The notes below the pieces were generated by a model, which did not search any database, was not told the origin of the DNA, and saw only the letters and a list, made by a program, of their open reading frames with translations. Below, in pieces: positions 29,196-29,693 of a DNA stretch of 29,693 bases. Source of the DNA: a virus. Lineage: Duplodnaviria; Heunggongvirae; Uroviricota; Caudoviricetes. The stretch lies in IMG/VR virus record IMGVR_UViG_2778261251_000001; one strand, written 5' to 3'. Positions within the stretch are counted from its first letter, which is position 1, and each line of letters opens with the position of its first letter. A program made the translations under genes and the position numbers.

Positions 29196-29693
29196 TTATC
29201 TAATGTTGCTGCTACTGTTGCATGTGACGGTATTCCCAAATCCTGAATTGCAGTTTGTATATGTGTCAACGCGTGTTGGGTAAGGTTGAGTTATAACAGG
29301 CTGGCGCGCTTTTTGCTCGATCGCTTGCATTGTGTTTACAGCCTGATAATTCAATAAAGCCTGCTGGAATGCTTGGCTTTGTGCTATTTGTTGGGCTTGT
29401 TCTTGGCTTTGTAATTGAACATAAAGATTCTGAAGCTCAAGTCTTGCCTGTGCGTCACTTATCTTGCCTTGATCGACACCTTGCCCGAGCATCTTCGCAG
29501 CAAGGACATACAGCTTAGGTGTTGGTGCTGATGCCATGCGTGAGTCGTTCTTCACGCTGGCATCAAGGCAATTAGCCATATCACTAAGCTTTGGATAGCG
29601 TTGCTCGCAACTTGCTTGGTAGTCACTTACTTTTGCGCATCCAGCCAGCAGAAGCGGGATAATTAATAGTGATTTTTTTATAAAGTTATTTAT
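29196..29693 (-). CDS. lipoprotein, N-terminus truncated by the window end; function unknown
   Basis: Minus-strand reading frame stays open to the window edge (...INNFIKKSLLIIPLLLAGCAKVSDYQ... upstream of the track ORF 29196..29579); lipobox LLAGC; Gln-rich helical mature region; stop at 29196-29198. Confidence 0.6.
   Translation of the reverse strand: MNNFIKKSLLIIPLLLAGCAKVSDYQASCEQRYPKLSDMANCLDASVKNDSRMASAPTPKLYVLAAKMLGQGVDQGKISDAQARLELQNLYVQLQSQEQAQQIAQSQAFQQALLNYQAVNTMQAIEQKARQPVITQPYPTRVDTYTNCNSGFGNTVTCNSSSNIR

Overview
The window is a contiguous slice of a mosaic lambdoid temperate phage or prophage, most likely from an enterobacterial host. All calls rest on reading the six-frame translations and the DNA by eye against remembered phage proteins; no database search was run. 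Left to right: a lambda-type leftward pL operon on the minus strand (gam 5' end, kil, cIII, an ea10-position ORF, ral, a 28-aa ORF, N) with a convergent sieB-like gene; an immunity region (cI repressor, a small membrane protein just downstream in the rex position, cro, cII, five operator-like AATAC-N5-GTATT sites, nutL and nutR); a replication module (O-like initiator with internal ori iterons, DnaB-type helicase); a nin region (ninB, an adenine methyltransferase, ninE, ninF, an inserted antirepressor, a YbcO-like protein, rusA, ninH) ending in a lambda-type Q, pR-prime and tR-prime; two tRNA-like sequences inserted right after tR-prime; a lambda-type lysis cassette (S, R, Rz/Rz1); then a P22-like headful-packaging and virion module (Rha, small ORFs, gp3 small terminase with a pac-like site, gp2 large terminase, gp1 portal, gp8 scaffold, gp5 coat, gp4, gp10, gp26 tail needle with an extended C-terminus, gp14, ejection proteins gp7/gp20/gp16). 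The window ends inside a minus-strand lipoprotein gene. No integrase, CRISPR array or rRNA is present. The best candidates for undescribed biology are the cI-linked membrane protein, the truncated lipoprotein after gp16, the AT-rich ORF with its own terminator, and the tRNA-like pair at tR-prime.
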